Positions 41,982 through 51,152 of a stretch of DNA of 64,000 bases are shown in pieces. Positions within the stretch are counted from its first letter, which is position 1. The number at the start of each line of letters is the position of its first letter. The notes under the pieces are model-generated. The model did no database searches. It was not told where the DNA came from and worked only from the letters and a program-made list of their open reading frames with translations. Origin of the DNA: Terriglobia bacterium (GTDB taxonomy: Bacteria > Acidobacteriota > Terriglobia > JAJPHL01 > JAPKYU01); contig CBDCVK010000010.1 of assembly GCA_965223005.1 (NCBI GenBank), positions 1,536,001 to 1,600,000 on the forward strand, written 5' to 3'. Position numbers and translations under genes: made by a program.

Positions 41982-43493
41982 TCAGAAAACCATAAACGGT
42001 ACCCGTGGTCTAGCCATCGCGCCCACCAGCGCCCCAGCAGCGGCGTTTGCCAGGTCATCATGCCCGCCTGGGCCGTGGTCCACGGTGTCCCTTCCGATCC
42101 GGGAAGTCCGGCGCTCCAGAGAGCGCAGTTGCGCCAAGAGTCGAATGTTGTCCAGTAGCTCTACCTTGCCGCTGTTGATGGCGGGCAGAAGTTCCAGGTA
42201 AAGCTCGCTTTTGGTCTTGTCCGCCGGTTTGTACTCGATTCCGTGCTTTCGGAATTGCTCCCTGGGCCATTCGCCACCGTACCTGTCACCAGTTACCGTA
42301 CTCAGGCGGTAAGCCTTGAGTACTCCGGCAAACTCAGAGGCAACGGCCTCTGGCGAAAACGGCGGTTTCTGTTCCCTCACCACGTCTAGAACCGCCGTCC
42401 CGTTCTCGCTGTGAGCTATTGCCAAGGTCATACTGTCCTGGCTGCCACCAGAGGGGTCAACAAAGCCGAAGTATCTGACTTTGGAAACACGAGGAAGCTC
42501 ATACCTTCCATCGACTACCACAGCCCCAACCGCCTCCGCAGAAACAAAGCCCTCAATATCACGCCGGAATTGGGCGCCGTATTCTGCCTCTGCTGCTGAT
42601 TCATCCTGCGCATAGGCTTCTGCGATCACCTGTTCGTCAACCGATGGATTCATGCTGCGAGTGTCAGCATGCCAGACCAGCACCGGGTCTCCGTCTTGGC
42701 CGTAGTGCCGCCGGTAGGCTTCCCATAAAGCCCCGCGCCTTGCGTAGGGCGAAGAGATGCACAACAGCAGGGCATCGGGAACCGTCGCCATGCCGGGGCG
42801 TAGCCCGTTCAGGATTTCCGTGTCGGGATTGGCTGAGTCTTCCGAGCGCCAGAAGGCAATTTCATCGCAGATGGCCCCAATCACCGTGTAACCCCGCACG
42901 GCCCGGAAGTTCGCCGTGTGAACTTCGATGGTCACGCAATTGGTAAGGTGGATCGTCTCTCTCGTCCTGGACTCCACCATTTGCACCAGCATGGACACGC
43001 CGTCCAGTAAACCAGCGATGTAGCCAAAGACATGCCGCGCTTGTTTTCTGTCGGCGGCAATCACCATCACAGTTCCTCGCTCGCCCGGGGCCAAGATCTT
43101 TCGGTAATCGCGAAAGCAAGCCAAGAACACCGCTACCAGCGCCGCAATGCGGCTCTTGCCCCCGCGCCTGCCTACCACTAGCCAAGCTTCCCTGGTGGGC
43201 AATTCTGGAGCCGACGTGCGGCGAGTATGCTGCCGGTATATTCTCAGGTCGGCCCTGTGGATCGGCAAGCCAAACAACGTCGACAAGAAACCTTTCCAGA
43301 CGTCCCAGCTTTTACCCTGGAACCACGGGCCGAACAGGGCCTGATCCCGCGTCGCGTCTAGGATTGTCAGACCGCTTTTCACTGCCCGCCACTTCGCAGG
43401 ACCCAAGCTTCTTTTCTGCATCGTGGGGAGCAGTATGCCCTTGGCAATCCACGCCTCACCCGTTTTCTGAGCGCGGCTCCACAGTTCCGACAC
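41982..43493 (-). CDS. Terminase large subunit-like ATPase/nuclease
   Basis: Walker A GRRGGKS, Walker B AICDE, ISSP motif III, RNase H-like FVDPSGG and HDDLANA; start uncertain. Confidence 0.85.
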   Translation of the reverse strand: MSELWSRAQKTGEAWIAKGILLPTMQKRSLGPAKWRAVKSGLTILDATRDQALFGPWFQGKSWDVWKGFLSTLFGLPIHRADLRIYRQHTRRTSAPELPTREAWLVVGRRGGKSRIAALVAVFLACFRDYRKILAPGERGTVMVIAADRKQARHVFGYIAGLLDGVSMLVQMVESRTRETIHLTNCVTIEVHTANFRAVRGYTVIGAICDEIAFWRSEDSANPDTEILNGLRPGMATVPDALLLCISSPYARRGALWEAYRRHYGQDGDPVLVWHADTRSMNPSVDEQVIAEAYAQDESAAEAEYGAQFRRDIEGFVSAEAVGAVVVDGRYELPRVSKVRYFGFVDPSGGSQDSMTLAIAHSENGTAVLDVVREQKPPFSPEAVASEFAGVLKAYRLSTVTGDRYGGEWPREQFRKHGIEYKPADKTKSELYLELLPAINSGKVELLDNIRLLAQLRSLERRTSRIGRDTVDHGPGGHDDLANAAAGALVGAMARPRVPFMVF

Positions 43494-43563
43494 TTCTCCC
43501 CATCTACCCTAGAACGTTTTGGAAAACGTTCTAAGGCCCCTGTCACATGCTCCCCACTGGCTA

Positions 43564-44100
43564 CTACCTTTCTGGAAGCCGGGCGGGCTGCCGGGGGCGA
43601 TAGGAGGATTGACGCCCCCTATCCCCCCTTCGCCCACCCAAGCGTGGATTTCCCTCCGATTTGCTCTCAAGTTCGGGCTTGGCACTCCTCTTCCCCTGAT
43701 AATTCTCCGCGATGTATTGAGCCAGCGCCGGGATCGGCTTCGTCTTTCGCTCTAAACCAAGCTGCCCCAGGATGCGGGCCAGCGAATCAACAAGCTGTTG
43801 GCGCTCTCGCAGCACCGGCAGGACCGACTTGCGCTTCCGGTTCACCAGAGACTCTTGCTCCATAATCCAGGCGTCCAGACTGTCCACATACAGCCGCGTC
43901 CTGACCGTCATGTCCACCAAGGCCATTTGCTGGGCGCTGACATCCTCCTCCCCGCCCAGGTCCGCGAGAAGTTCACGCCGCCAGGCAACAAGGGCCTGAG
44001 CCGCCGCCGTCCGCCGATCAATTGCCTGGAGTCCCCGTACCTTCACCTGGGCCTTCAGGGCGTTCAGACCATGCCTGGAGTAGGGTCTGCGGTCGGTCAT
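43564..44100 (-). CDS. Hypothetical protein, possible terminase small subunit
   Basis: Basic helical ORF with N-terminal SRHG, directly upstream of the TerL-like gene. Confidence 0.55.
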   Translation of the reverse strand: MTDRRPYSRHGLNALKAQVKVRGLQAIDRRTAAAQALVAWRRELLADLGGEEDVSAQQMALVDMTVRTRLYVDSLDAWIMEQESLVNRKRKSVLPVLRERQQLVDSLARILGQLGLERKTKPIPALAQYIAENYQGKRSAKPELESKSEGNPRLGGRRGDRGRQSSYRPRQPARLPER

Positions 44101-44254
44101 GACACATCCCCACCGGTAGAGATTCCTCCGGCGCCGTGGCGTGAGGCCAAGTGGGGTGAGACCAAAAGGTGGGTAAGCTGTTGAACCGCTAGCAGCAGTT
44201 CTTTTGCTTCCGGCCCCGGAGCGAGACAGAAAGTTCGATACGTGTCAACGAAGG

Positions 44255-44329
44255 GGAGCCAATCCTTTCAAGGACTTACATCAGAACTGTCTTAAGGCTC
44301 GTGGTAGACTGTAGCGGAAACTGTAGCGG
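44255..44329 (+). repeat. attR-like remnant plus paired 10 bp direct repeat
   Basis: GGAGCCAATCCTTTCAAGGACTTA vs tRNA-Asn end GGAGCCAACCTTTTCAATCAGTTA (19/24); ACTGTAGCGG at 44308 and 44320. Confidence 0.5.
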
Positions 44330-44785
44330 GTGCGTGCTGCTTCGGTCCCTCCATGGCTGCCAGCCTGCCCCTTCTCAAGCTGCTGCCTAACGCGGCTGGA
44401 TCGTTCATTTTTTCTGCTCACCCATATTATCCACTCGCTCTCCCGGGCGCTTTCCGGGACGATCTAATGCCCCCACGCATGCCCTCTAGCGGAAGCGTGC
44501 GACCCCACCTGGGCCAATTCTGCTCGAAAGACGCCCATTCCTCGTCTCGAACTCGCCGCTTGGCGCTTTTCTTCTCCTTGGGGGAGCAATTCAATGAATC
44601 GCTGATAAACATTGGGATTAGGCCGAGCCACTATTCGTTAGTCGCAAATCAGGAAACACCAGGGAAAGTAACATAGTTTTCGCTTCCATCACAGGGGGTG
44701 GGGGTTGCGCTATCTCACAATTCTTGCCAGCTGGAGGACAAATCCAACTATTTACTGGAGCGCAAGAACTCTTTCCTGAAGGATA

Positions 44786-44813
44786 AGTAAACGCTAAACG
44801 ACTTGTGGGAACC
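44786..44813 (-). repeat. dif-like site H
   Basis: Minus strand GGTTCCCACAA-GTCGTT-TAGCGTTTACT; 25/28 identical to site D, inverted. Confidence 0.85.
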
Positions 44814-45019
44814 TAGCCATTGAATCTGAGGCAAGCGGCTTCTACTCAGAGAGTTGCAGCCCAATCAAGCTAACAGCTCGAACACGGCTGCGGCTGAGAG
44901 TGAAAACCCCACCGAAACCGAACTCTTTTTTCGATTCGTTGCGCTGAAGCAGGAGGTGGAGAGGCCTCGCTACTTTGATTTCCATATGAGCCGCGCTGGT
45001 TCTGCTTTCGCCAAGTAGT

Positions 45020-46270
45020 TTACAGCGCCGCACGAAGTGCCGGCGACTCGCGCAGGTCAAAGTGGGGATTGATCTCGACTGCGCGCTGCAGGTATTCCTT
45101 ACCGCTCTCAGTTTCTCCGGCTTTCTGGAAAATCTTACCTGCGTGGTAGTAGAGGCGGGCGTCCTGGGTGCCTAACCGCAGTGCCTGGCCTATGGCCGCC
45201 GTGGCTTCCTCGATGAGCCCGGCCTTGTAGGCAGCCCAGGCCAGGGTGTCGAAGGCGGCGATGTCGCGGGCGGTGCGCAGGTCCTGGCGCATCCAGTCAA
45301 GCGCCAGGGCGAGGTTTCGGTCGTGGTCCGCGTAGAAAGTAGCCAACTCATGCCGTGCCATGTCACCCTGGTCCAGCAATAACCGCTCGGCGCGGCGGTA
45401 CTCGCGTTCGGCCGCTCGCGCCTGGCCGCGCCGACTGTAGATATCTCCAAGTAGAATGTGCGCGTTGGGGGCGGCCCAGCGGGTCGCACGCCGGACCAGG
45501 CGGATCGCCTCCTGGTCGCGGCCGCGGGCGGCGCTCACCCGCGCGCGCCCCACCAAAGCTAGTTGAGAATCGGACCAGGCGCCGAGCGCCTGGTCGTAGG
45601 CGTGTTGTGCCGCGTCCAAGTCGCCGCCGCGGAAGTACAGGTCTCCCAGTTGAGTTAGGCACCAGGACAGGTTCTCCGGGTCGCGCGGGCTGGCGGCGCG
45701 AACAGCCAGCTTCATGATCTCGATGGCGCCGGGGCGGTCTCCTAGCAGTTCGCGCAGGTGGGCTGCGCGGCTGTAGGAGGCGACGTCGGGACGTAATTCG
45801 ACCATGCGCTGGAAGGCCTCAGCGGCGACATCGTAGTCACCCAGTTCGAGGTAGGCATCGCCCAAGGTGCCATAGTTCCAGGCGTCGTTCGGTTGCATCG
45901 CCTGCGCTTTGCTGGCCCAGGCCAGCGACTCTTGGAAGCGGTGCTGCCCGGCCAGGACCCAGGCCATCATTTTGGTGGCTGCATAATGATTGGGCTCCAC
46001 CGCCAGGGCCCGTTCGGCGGCCTGCTGCGCCTTGCTGTACCACTGCTGGCCGCCGGCGGCGCGCGCCTTCCGCATGTAGGCGCCGGCGAGATCGGAAAGC
46101 AGATCGGTGTCATTGCCTACCTTCGCCAATCTTCGCTTCAAGATGGAGATGCGCTGCTCAATGTCGGGCGGAACAGAGGGCTGGCTGTCGCCGGCGGGGC
46201 GCGTCATCAAGAGGGCGCCCGAAAACAAGCCGAGCAGAAAAACCACGATGTAGAAACGTCTTCCAAACAT
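45020..46270 (-). CDS. Exported tetratricopeptide repeat protein
   Basis: N-terminal hydrophobic segment, multiple TPRs (LGDAYLELGDYDVA), DTLAWA; follows the DUF4331 gene. Confidence 0.85.
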   Translation of the reverse strand: MFGRRFYIVVFLLGLFSGALLMTRPAGDSQPSVPPDIEQRISILKRRLAKVGNDTDLLSDLAGAYMRKARAAGGQQWYSKAQQAAERALAVEPNHYAATKMMAWVLAGQHRFQESLAWASKAQAMQPNDAWNYGTLGDAYLELGDYDVAAEAFQRMVELRPDVASYSRAAHLRELLGDRPGAIEIMKLAVRAASPRDPENLSWCLTQLGDLYFRGGDLDAAQHAYDQALGAWSDSQLALVGRARVSAARGRDQEAIRLVRRATRWAAPNAHILLGDIYSRRGQARAAEREYRRAERLLLDQGDMARHELATFYADHDRNLALALDWMRQDLRTARDIAAFDTLAWAAYKAGLIEEATAAIGQALRLGTQDARLYYHAGKIFQKAGETESGKEYLQRAVEINPHFDLRESPALRAAL

Positions 46271-46272
46271 GG

Positions 46273-47793
46273 TTACAGAGAAGGGTTGGCATGGACCCGG
46301 TCGCGTCCCGAATGCGGGGACGCCTGGTAAGGAAACGTTTCCAGGTACGGCCTGTCATTGGCATTAATCCCGTCGCCCACTGCTGGCGGTGAGAAGCCCT
46401 CGACCAGCACTCCCATCACCGCGCGGAGCACAATGTCGACGACGTCATCGCTGACGCGCCGGCCGTTCGGGTAGCCAGCGCCGTCGGCGGCAAGCCCTCC
46501 CAAGCGCCTGCGGGCGGAGGCGTCGGTAGGCGAAACGGCCACGTTCAGCCTCAGCAGGTCGGCGATGGGCCCCGGCGTGTCACCTGGATACTGAAGCAGC
46601 AAGCTGGCCAGGTCGTTGCGTGGGGGCGGGGGAGCGGGGACGCCGAACACCGCGTCCACCAAGCGGGCCAGCAGCGGGTCCAGGCCGAAGCTGGCATAGC
46701 TGGAATCGTTCTTCGGCTCGTCCTGGCTCCACATGTCCTTGAAGCCTGTGCCAATGACCAGCTCGTTGATCAACGGATTCCCCATGCGCTGCACCTGCTT
46801 GAAGCTGCCGAAGGAAATGGGCTTGCCGAGCGTCGGCCGGACGGTCACCAACGGGCGGGCCGTGGTGCCCCAGGTGCCGATGACCGCCGTAGGATCGCTC
46901 GCCGATGTCGGCGTCATTCCCGAGCTGGTCAGCATGCTGATCGGCGCTTCGATGGCGATCGACTGCACGTTAAACCCGGCGAGCATGTCGATGCCAAAAG
47001 CGTTCGTCGTGTCGTCATCGTCCTGGCCTGCACTCAGCACCGGCGTGGCGCGGAAGTTCAGAGAATCGAATGTCGCGCCGAGGTCAATGTAAAAGCCGTC
47101 GTCGCGCTGCCCGGCGAAAACGCGAACGCCGTCTCCCAGGTCATACATTCCCTGGGCGGCGAGCTGGTCGTAGTCGGGCATGGTGAGCGGGCCCACATTG
47201 GAAGGCACGGCAAAGAGGGCGCCGCCGGCGGCGGGGGTCAGCAAAGTGCGCGTAGCAGTAATGCCAGAGCCGCGCACCAGGGTCACCGAATAACTCTGCC
47301 GCAGGTTCAAACCCTCAGAACCGGGGCCGTCCAACGCGGTGATGGCGGGCGGCACCAGCGGATCACCCGGCGAGAAGGGTGGGGCTGTGCCGGCCGGGGC
47401 AGGAATGCCGTCGCCGGCGCCCACCAGACCCACGACCACATCGGGCGCGCGCACCTCGGTCGTGAACTGAACCTCGAAGGTCACATCCTCGATCGCGTCC
47501 CGGTTGTTGTCCACCTTAAACGAGTACAGCACATCTTCGCCAAAGGTGAAGTAGTTGGGACCCAGGCTGGGATCCTCCAGAGGGACCACGTTCATGATCA
47601 TGGTGACCTTGGTGGGATCGTCATAGCTGACGAAGGCAAACCAGTCCGTAATATCCGCCACCGGGTCCTGAGAGATCAGCGGGGCTTCACGGTGACTGGC
47701 GGCCTGCGCGTCCCGCCTGCTGGTCGGAACCAACGGCCCGAGCACCAGCGTCACCACCAGGATGGCCACGACACATGACAGAAACGTTCGCAT
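46273..47793 (-). CDS. DUF4331 family secreted protein
   Basis: ASHREAP, FAGQRDDGF, RMGNPLINE, GYPNGRR..DD, FPY motifs. Confidence 0.88.
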   Translation of the reverse strand: MRTFLSCVVAILVVTLVLGPLVPTSRRDAQAASHREAPLISQDPVADITDWFAFVSYDDPTKVTMIMNVVPLEDPSLGPNYFTFGEDVLYSFKVDNNRDAIEDVTFEVQFTTEVRAPDVVVGLVGAGDGIPAPAGTAPPFSPGDPLVPPAITALDGPGSEGLNLRQSYSVTLVRGSGITATRTLLTPAAGGALFAVPSNVGPLTMPDYDQLAAQGMYDLGDGVRVFAGQRDDGFYIDLGATFDSLNFRATPVLSAGQDDDDTTNAFGIDMLAGFNVQSIAIEAPISMLTSSGMTPTSASDPTAVIGTWGTTARPLVTVRPTLGKPISFGSFKQVQRMGNPLINELVIGTGFKDMWSQDEPKNDSSYASFGLDPLLARLVDAVFGVPAPPPPRNDLASLLLQYPGDTPGPIADLLRLNVAVSPTDASARRRLGGLAADGAGYPNGRRVSDDVVDIVLRAVMGVLVEGFSPPAVGDGINANDRPYLETFPYQASPHSGRDRVHANPSL

Positions 47794-47842
47794 GTTCAAT
47801 TCTCCTTTTCCTTCTCCACTGGTTTCACTGACCAGCGTGGTT

Positions 47843-49051
47843 TCACTGAATGGTGACTTGCACCGTGTTGCTGACTTGGCCCTCGGAGCTGACCACCAGA
47901 TCCACGGTTCCCCGGCCGGCAAATTCCTCCGGCAGAAGGACGTTGATCTGGTCCAACCCGACAAAGACAGGATGGCTGCCACCGAATTCCACCGGGACTG
48001 GGACTCCGTCCAAGGTGACCTGGAGCGACTCGGCCACGTTCACCAGGGTTCTGCCTTCGGCAAGCGGAATGTCGTTGGTCGGGTCCGTGTTCGGGAGATT
48101 GCGGATGCCGGTGAGGAAGATGGCCAGCCGTGTACGCTTGTCCTCACCCGGGTTTTCCGGAGTGGTGACTGCGAAGGGCCCTCGCTCAAACGTGACCCCG
48201 TTCAAAATGGATCCCAGGCCACTTCCGGAAGCATCCTCGGTGAAGATGGCCGGCGACGCCGCCTGTACCTCAACCGTCCCGGTGGCGACGGCGCCGTTGT
48301 TTCCCGTCACCACGACCTCAGCAGTCCCCGCGGCGATTTCTAACGGCATGAGGAAGTTCACCTGGTTGGCGGAGGCGAAAAAGAGTTGCGCCAGCTGACC
48401 GCCGACCAGGACGGTGACCCCAGCCAGCGCGAGCGGAAGCTGCCCCTCCTCGTCAAACATGCCGGTCGCCGAGGAGCCACTGACGGCGAGGCTGGTGAAG
48501 ATGGTGGCTACGCTGTCTTGGGCGATCGGCCCGCGGTAATCCGGGGCGCGCACCGCGGTGGCCCCACCTGCGGCCGCACCTTGCAAAGCAGCGAGTTGCG
48601 GCGCGGTGAGATTCTCCAGGCCTCCCCGGAGGGCGTCGATCGCCGCGGCCGTCACGTTTCCTGCCGACCCCAGTCTCACCAAGAAGGCTTCTTGCAGTTC
48701 CCCTGTACCGTTCCGCGCCAGCGATTGCGCTGCCGCCGCCAATAGGGCCTGGAGGCCTGCCAGCGCCGGTGCGACCGTGTCGCCACCGGCCTGCTGGATC
48801 TCCTCCTCGAAGGCCAGTCGGCTGGCGGCCACGATGAACTGCAGGTCGTCAATTTCGACGGCGGCATCTGCCATGGTGAGCTTTCCGGTGACCAGATCCA
48901 CCAAAATGGTCTCAATGCGGTCTGCCACATACTGAAACAGAGCGTCGGGGCCCGCCGTGGCTGGCTGCGCTTGGGCGCGGGCCGTACCAGACAAGCTCAG
49001 CACCAGTATCAGCACTGGCACCAGCGCTGCAGCCGCGATTCGCTTGTTCAT
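47843..49051 (-). CDS. Secreted protein with a TIGR03437-like C-terminal domain
   Basis: LPLALAGVTV, FASANQVNF, PAIF, GLDQINV, SNTVQV. Confidence 0.8.
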   Translation of the reverse strand: MNKRIAAAALVPVLILVLSLSGTARAQAQPATAGPDALFQYVADRIETILVDLVTGKLTMADAAVEIDDLQFIVAASRLAFEEEIQQAGGDTVAPALAGLQALLAAAAQSLARNGTGELQEAFLVRLGSAGNVTAAAIDALRGGLENLTAPQLAALQGAAAGGATAVRAPDYRGPIAQDSVATIFTSLAVSGSSATGMFDEEGQLPLALAGVTVLVGGQLAQLFFASANQVNFLMPLEIAAGTAEVVVTGNNGAVATGTVEVQAASPAIFTEDASGSGLGSILNGVTFERGPFAVTTPENPGEDKRTRLAIFLTGIRNLPNTDPTNDIPLAEGRTLVNVAESLQVTLDGVPVPVEFGGSHPVFVGLDQINVLLPEEFAGRGTVDLVVSSEGQVSNTVQVTIQ

Positions 49052-49082
49052 CGTCGTCTTTTCTCCTACCGGGTCTTGTCTC

Positions 49083-49505
49083 CTACCAATTGCGCAGAAG
49101 CTCCTCCCGCAACCGCTTTGCTTCCTCCGGGGTGAGCTGCCCTAGCTTGCTGATGAAATCCACGGCACTCTGAACCTGCCCTGCTACGGGGATCATGGGC
49201 TTGGGCTGATACACCACTTTCGGGCCAGCGCGGTCGCGGCGGTGCAGGATGATTACCTTGCCCCCGCCCAACACGTAGTAGTCCACCGGCCAGCCCTCGA
49301 CCATCCGCCGCACGGCCCGCACCGGCTCCTCGTCTTGCAGTCGCACGGTCAGCTTGAGATCGGAAAAGTCGCCTTGCATCTCCAGGCGGCTGCCCAGCCG
49401 CCCGGCCAGCGCCTTCATGGCTTCCGGGAGCGGCACCGCCGTGGCGACCAGAGACACCTTTCCACCCACCAGCGCCAGCGCCAAGCCCATGGCGGCAATC
49501 CACAT
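49083..49505 (-). CDS. Small exported hypothetical protein
   Basis: Co-oriented in the operon; GAGG RBS before GTG; signal-like N-terminus. Confidence 0.6.
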   Translation of the reverse strand: MWIAAMGLALALVGGKVSLVATAVPLPEAMKALAGRLGSRLEMQGDFSDLKLTVRLQDEEPVRAVRRMVEGWPVDYYVLGGGKVIILHRRDRAGPKVVYQPKPMIPVAGQVQSAVDFISKLGQLTPEEAKRLREELLRNW

Positions 49506-49580
49506 CTCTTGCCTCGGGGATATATACGGGGAAGACAGCAGAATCGGATTGCGGATTTCGGCAGGAAGTGGGCTGTCGTT

Positions 49581-50387
49581 TTATTGGAGGGGCACTGTGA
49601 GGAGGATTTGTCCGGTTGGGGCCGGCACGCCGCCCGGGGGCTCGTCACTGACGGCAATGGCCCGGAGGGAAGCGACCTCGATCGGTTGCTTCCACAGGTG
49701 GAAGGCGTTGCCTTCCGCATCCGGCTCGAAGACGCCGGCGGGAATTGGGGCGGGACGCCCGGCAGCGATCAGCCACAGCTCGTAGACGCGGCCGGGCGGC
49801 GGCGGCGGAAAGTCGGTAGCGAGCAGGACTAACCCGCCAGGCTGCAGGAAGATGCGCCCGGAAGGCTGCTGCGGGCCGAAACGGACCTCGCGTGCCTCGG
49901 GCGCCGTCATCAGACGCATGGCCTCGCGAAAGGCACCCAGACGCTGCAACAACTCTCGCTCGCGCTCCTGCAGAATTCGAGCGCTGGTTTCCGAGGATTG
50001 CAAATCGGCTTCCAGCGAACGGCCTTGCCGAAACAGACCAGCGGCGACGATCAGCAACGCAATGGCCGCAATGGCGCCGGCCGCAAACGCCCACCTCCAG
50101 AACGCCAACTTGCCAGGGGACACCCTCTCCAACTGCGGTCCAGCCTGGCGCAAGCTCGCAGCGGCTTTCAGGATGTCTGCGCGCAACCGAGCTGGCGGCT
50201 CGGCCGGCGGCACGGCTAGGGCCAGATGGGCAGCCAGCTCCCGTGCCTGAGCAACACCTGCTGCGCAGGTGGTACAGCCCTTGGCCAGATGTGCCTCAAT
50301 CTCGGCCCCGACAGTGGCGCGCTCTTCCGGCTCCAGCGTCCCGAAGACGTAGAGTTCGTAGCCGTGCTGGAGTTCTTCGCAGGTCAT
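49581..50387 (-). CDS. Anti-sigma factor (zinc finger + RskA-type)
   Basis: HLAKGCTTC, one TM helix, YELWLI, AVSDEPPGG..PTG. Confidence 0.88.
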   Translation of the reverse strand: MTCEELQHGYELYVFGTLEPEERATVGAEIEAHLAKGCTTCAAGVAQARELAAHLALAVPPAEPPARLRADILKAAASLRQAGPQLERVSPGKLAFWRWAFAAGAIAAIALLIVAAGLFRQGRSLEADLQSSETSARILQERERELLQRLGAFREAMRLMTAPEAREVRFGPQQPSGRIFLQPGGLVLLATDFPPPPPGRVYELWLIAAGRPAPIPAGVFEPDAEGNAFHLWKQPIEVASLRAIAVSDEPPGGVPAPTGQILLTVPLQ

Positions 50388-50968
50388 GGCTTGAGCGTCT
50401 CGCGCAGCGCCTTCAGACCGCTGCGAGTCCAGGTCTTCACCGTTCCCAGCGGCTGGTTCAGCCGCGTTGCAATCTCGCTCTGTGTGAAGCCCTCGTAGTA
50501 GGCCATCTCGATCACTCTGCGCTGCGGCTCGGGCAGCGTGGCCAGCACCCGGCCCACTCGTTCGGCCGTCTCCAGGCTGCAGTGCGTGTGCGGGGAAGCT
50601 GGTGGCGCTTGGTCTTTCAAGGGCACGGATGCCGCGGCATCACGCTGCTGACGAGACCGTAACCGGTCAATGGCCCGATTCCGGGTGAAGGTGAGCAGCC
50701 AGCCGAGCAACTCGCCGCGCGATGGGTCGAAGGAGCCCGCCCGACGCCAGAGCTGGAGGAACACGTCCTGGGTGACTTCCTCGGCAACGCTGGGGTCTCC
50801 GACCACGCGCAAGGCCAGGGCAAACACCAGGCGCCCGTAGCGGTCATAGAGGCGACCCAGGGCCTGCTGATCGCCGCGCGCGGCGGCCGCTACGTCGGCC
50901 TGGTCGGTCTCTCCTTTACGGGCAACCGCCAGCGCCATAACTAAGAATACGGCGGGAGCGGCAGCCAT
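50384..50968 (-). CDS. ECF sigma factor (SigK-like)
   Basis: LYDRY, AEEVTQDVFL, RNRAIDRLR, PLGTVKT; overlaps the anti-sigma start. Confidence 0.92.
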   Translation of the reverse strand: MAAAPAVFLVMALAVARKGETDQADVAAAARGDQQALGRLYDRYGRLVFALALRVVGDPSVAEEVTQDVFLQLWRRAGSFDPSRGELLGWLLTFTRNRAIDRLRSRQQRDAAASVPLKDQAPPASPHTHCSLETAERVGRVLATLPEPQRRVIEMAYYEGFTQSEIATRLNQPLGTVKTWTRSGLKALRETLKP

Positions 50969-51152
50969 GGATGGGCAAGGGTATCATGTCTCGGTGGGCT
51001 CGCGATGAAGCCCGGTTACCCTGATCACGCCATAACGCCTCGCTGCGATCGGAAAGTGGCGGAGCAGCGAAAATTTGCCAGCCGGAGCGCTAGCCGCCGG
51101 TGGAGGGCATCAGTCCCCCAAGCTGCCGTGCTGCTAGACTGTCCACAGGACA

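Noticed and set aside
13835-44330. Intact prophage
   Set aside because: Only integrase, terminase-like and HTH genes; no portal, capsid, tail, lysis or replication genes recognised.
44353-44676. Small ORFs beside the attR-like scar as an excisionase
   Set aside because: No HTH or other recognisable motif, and competing ORFs on both strands.
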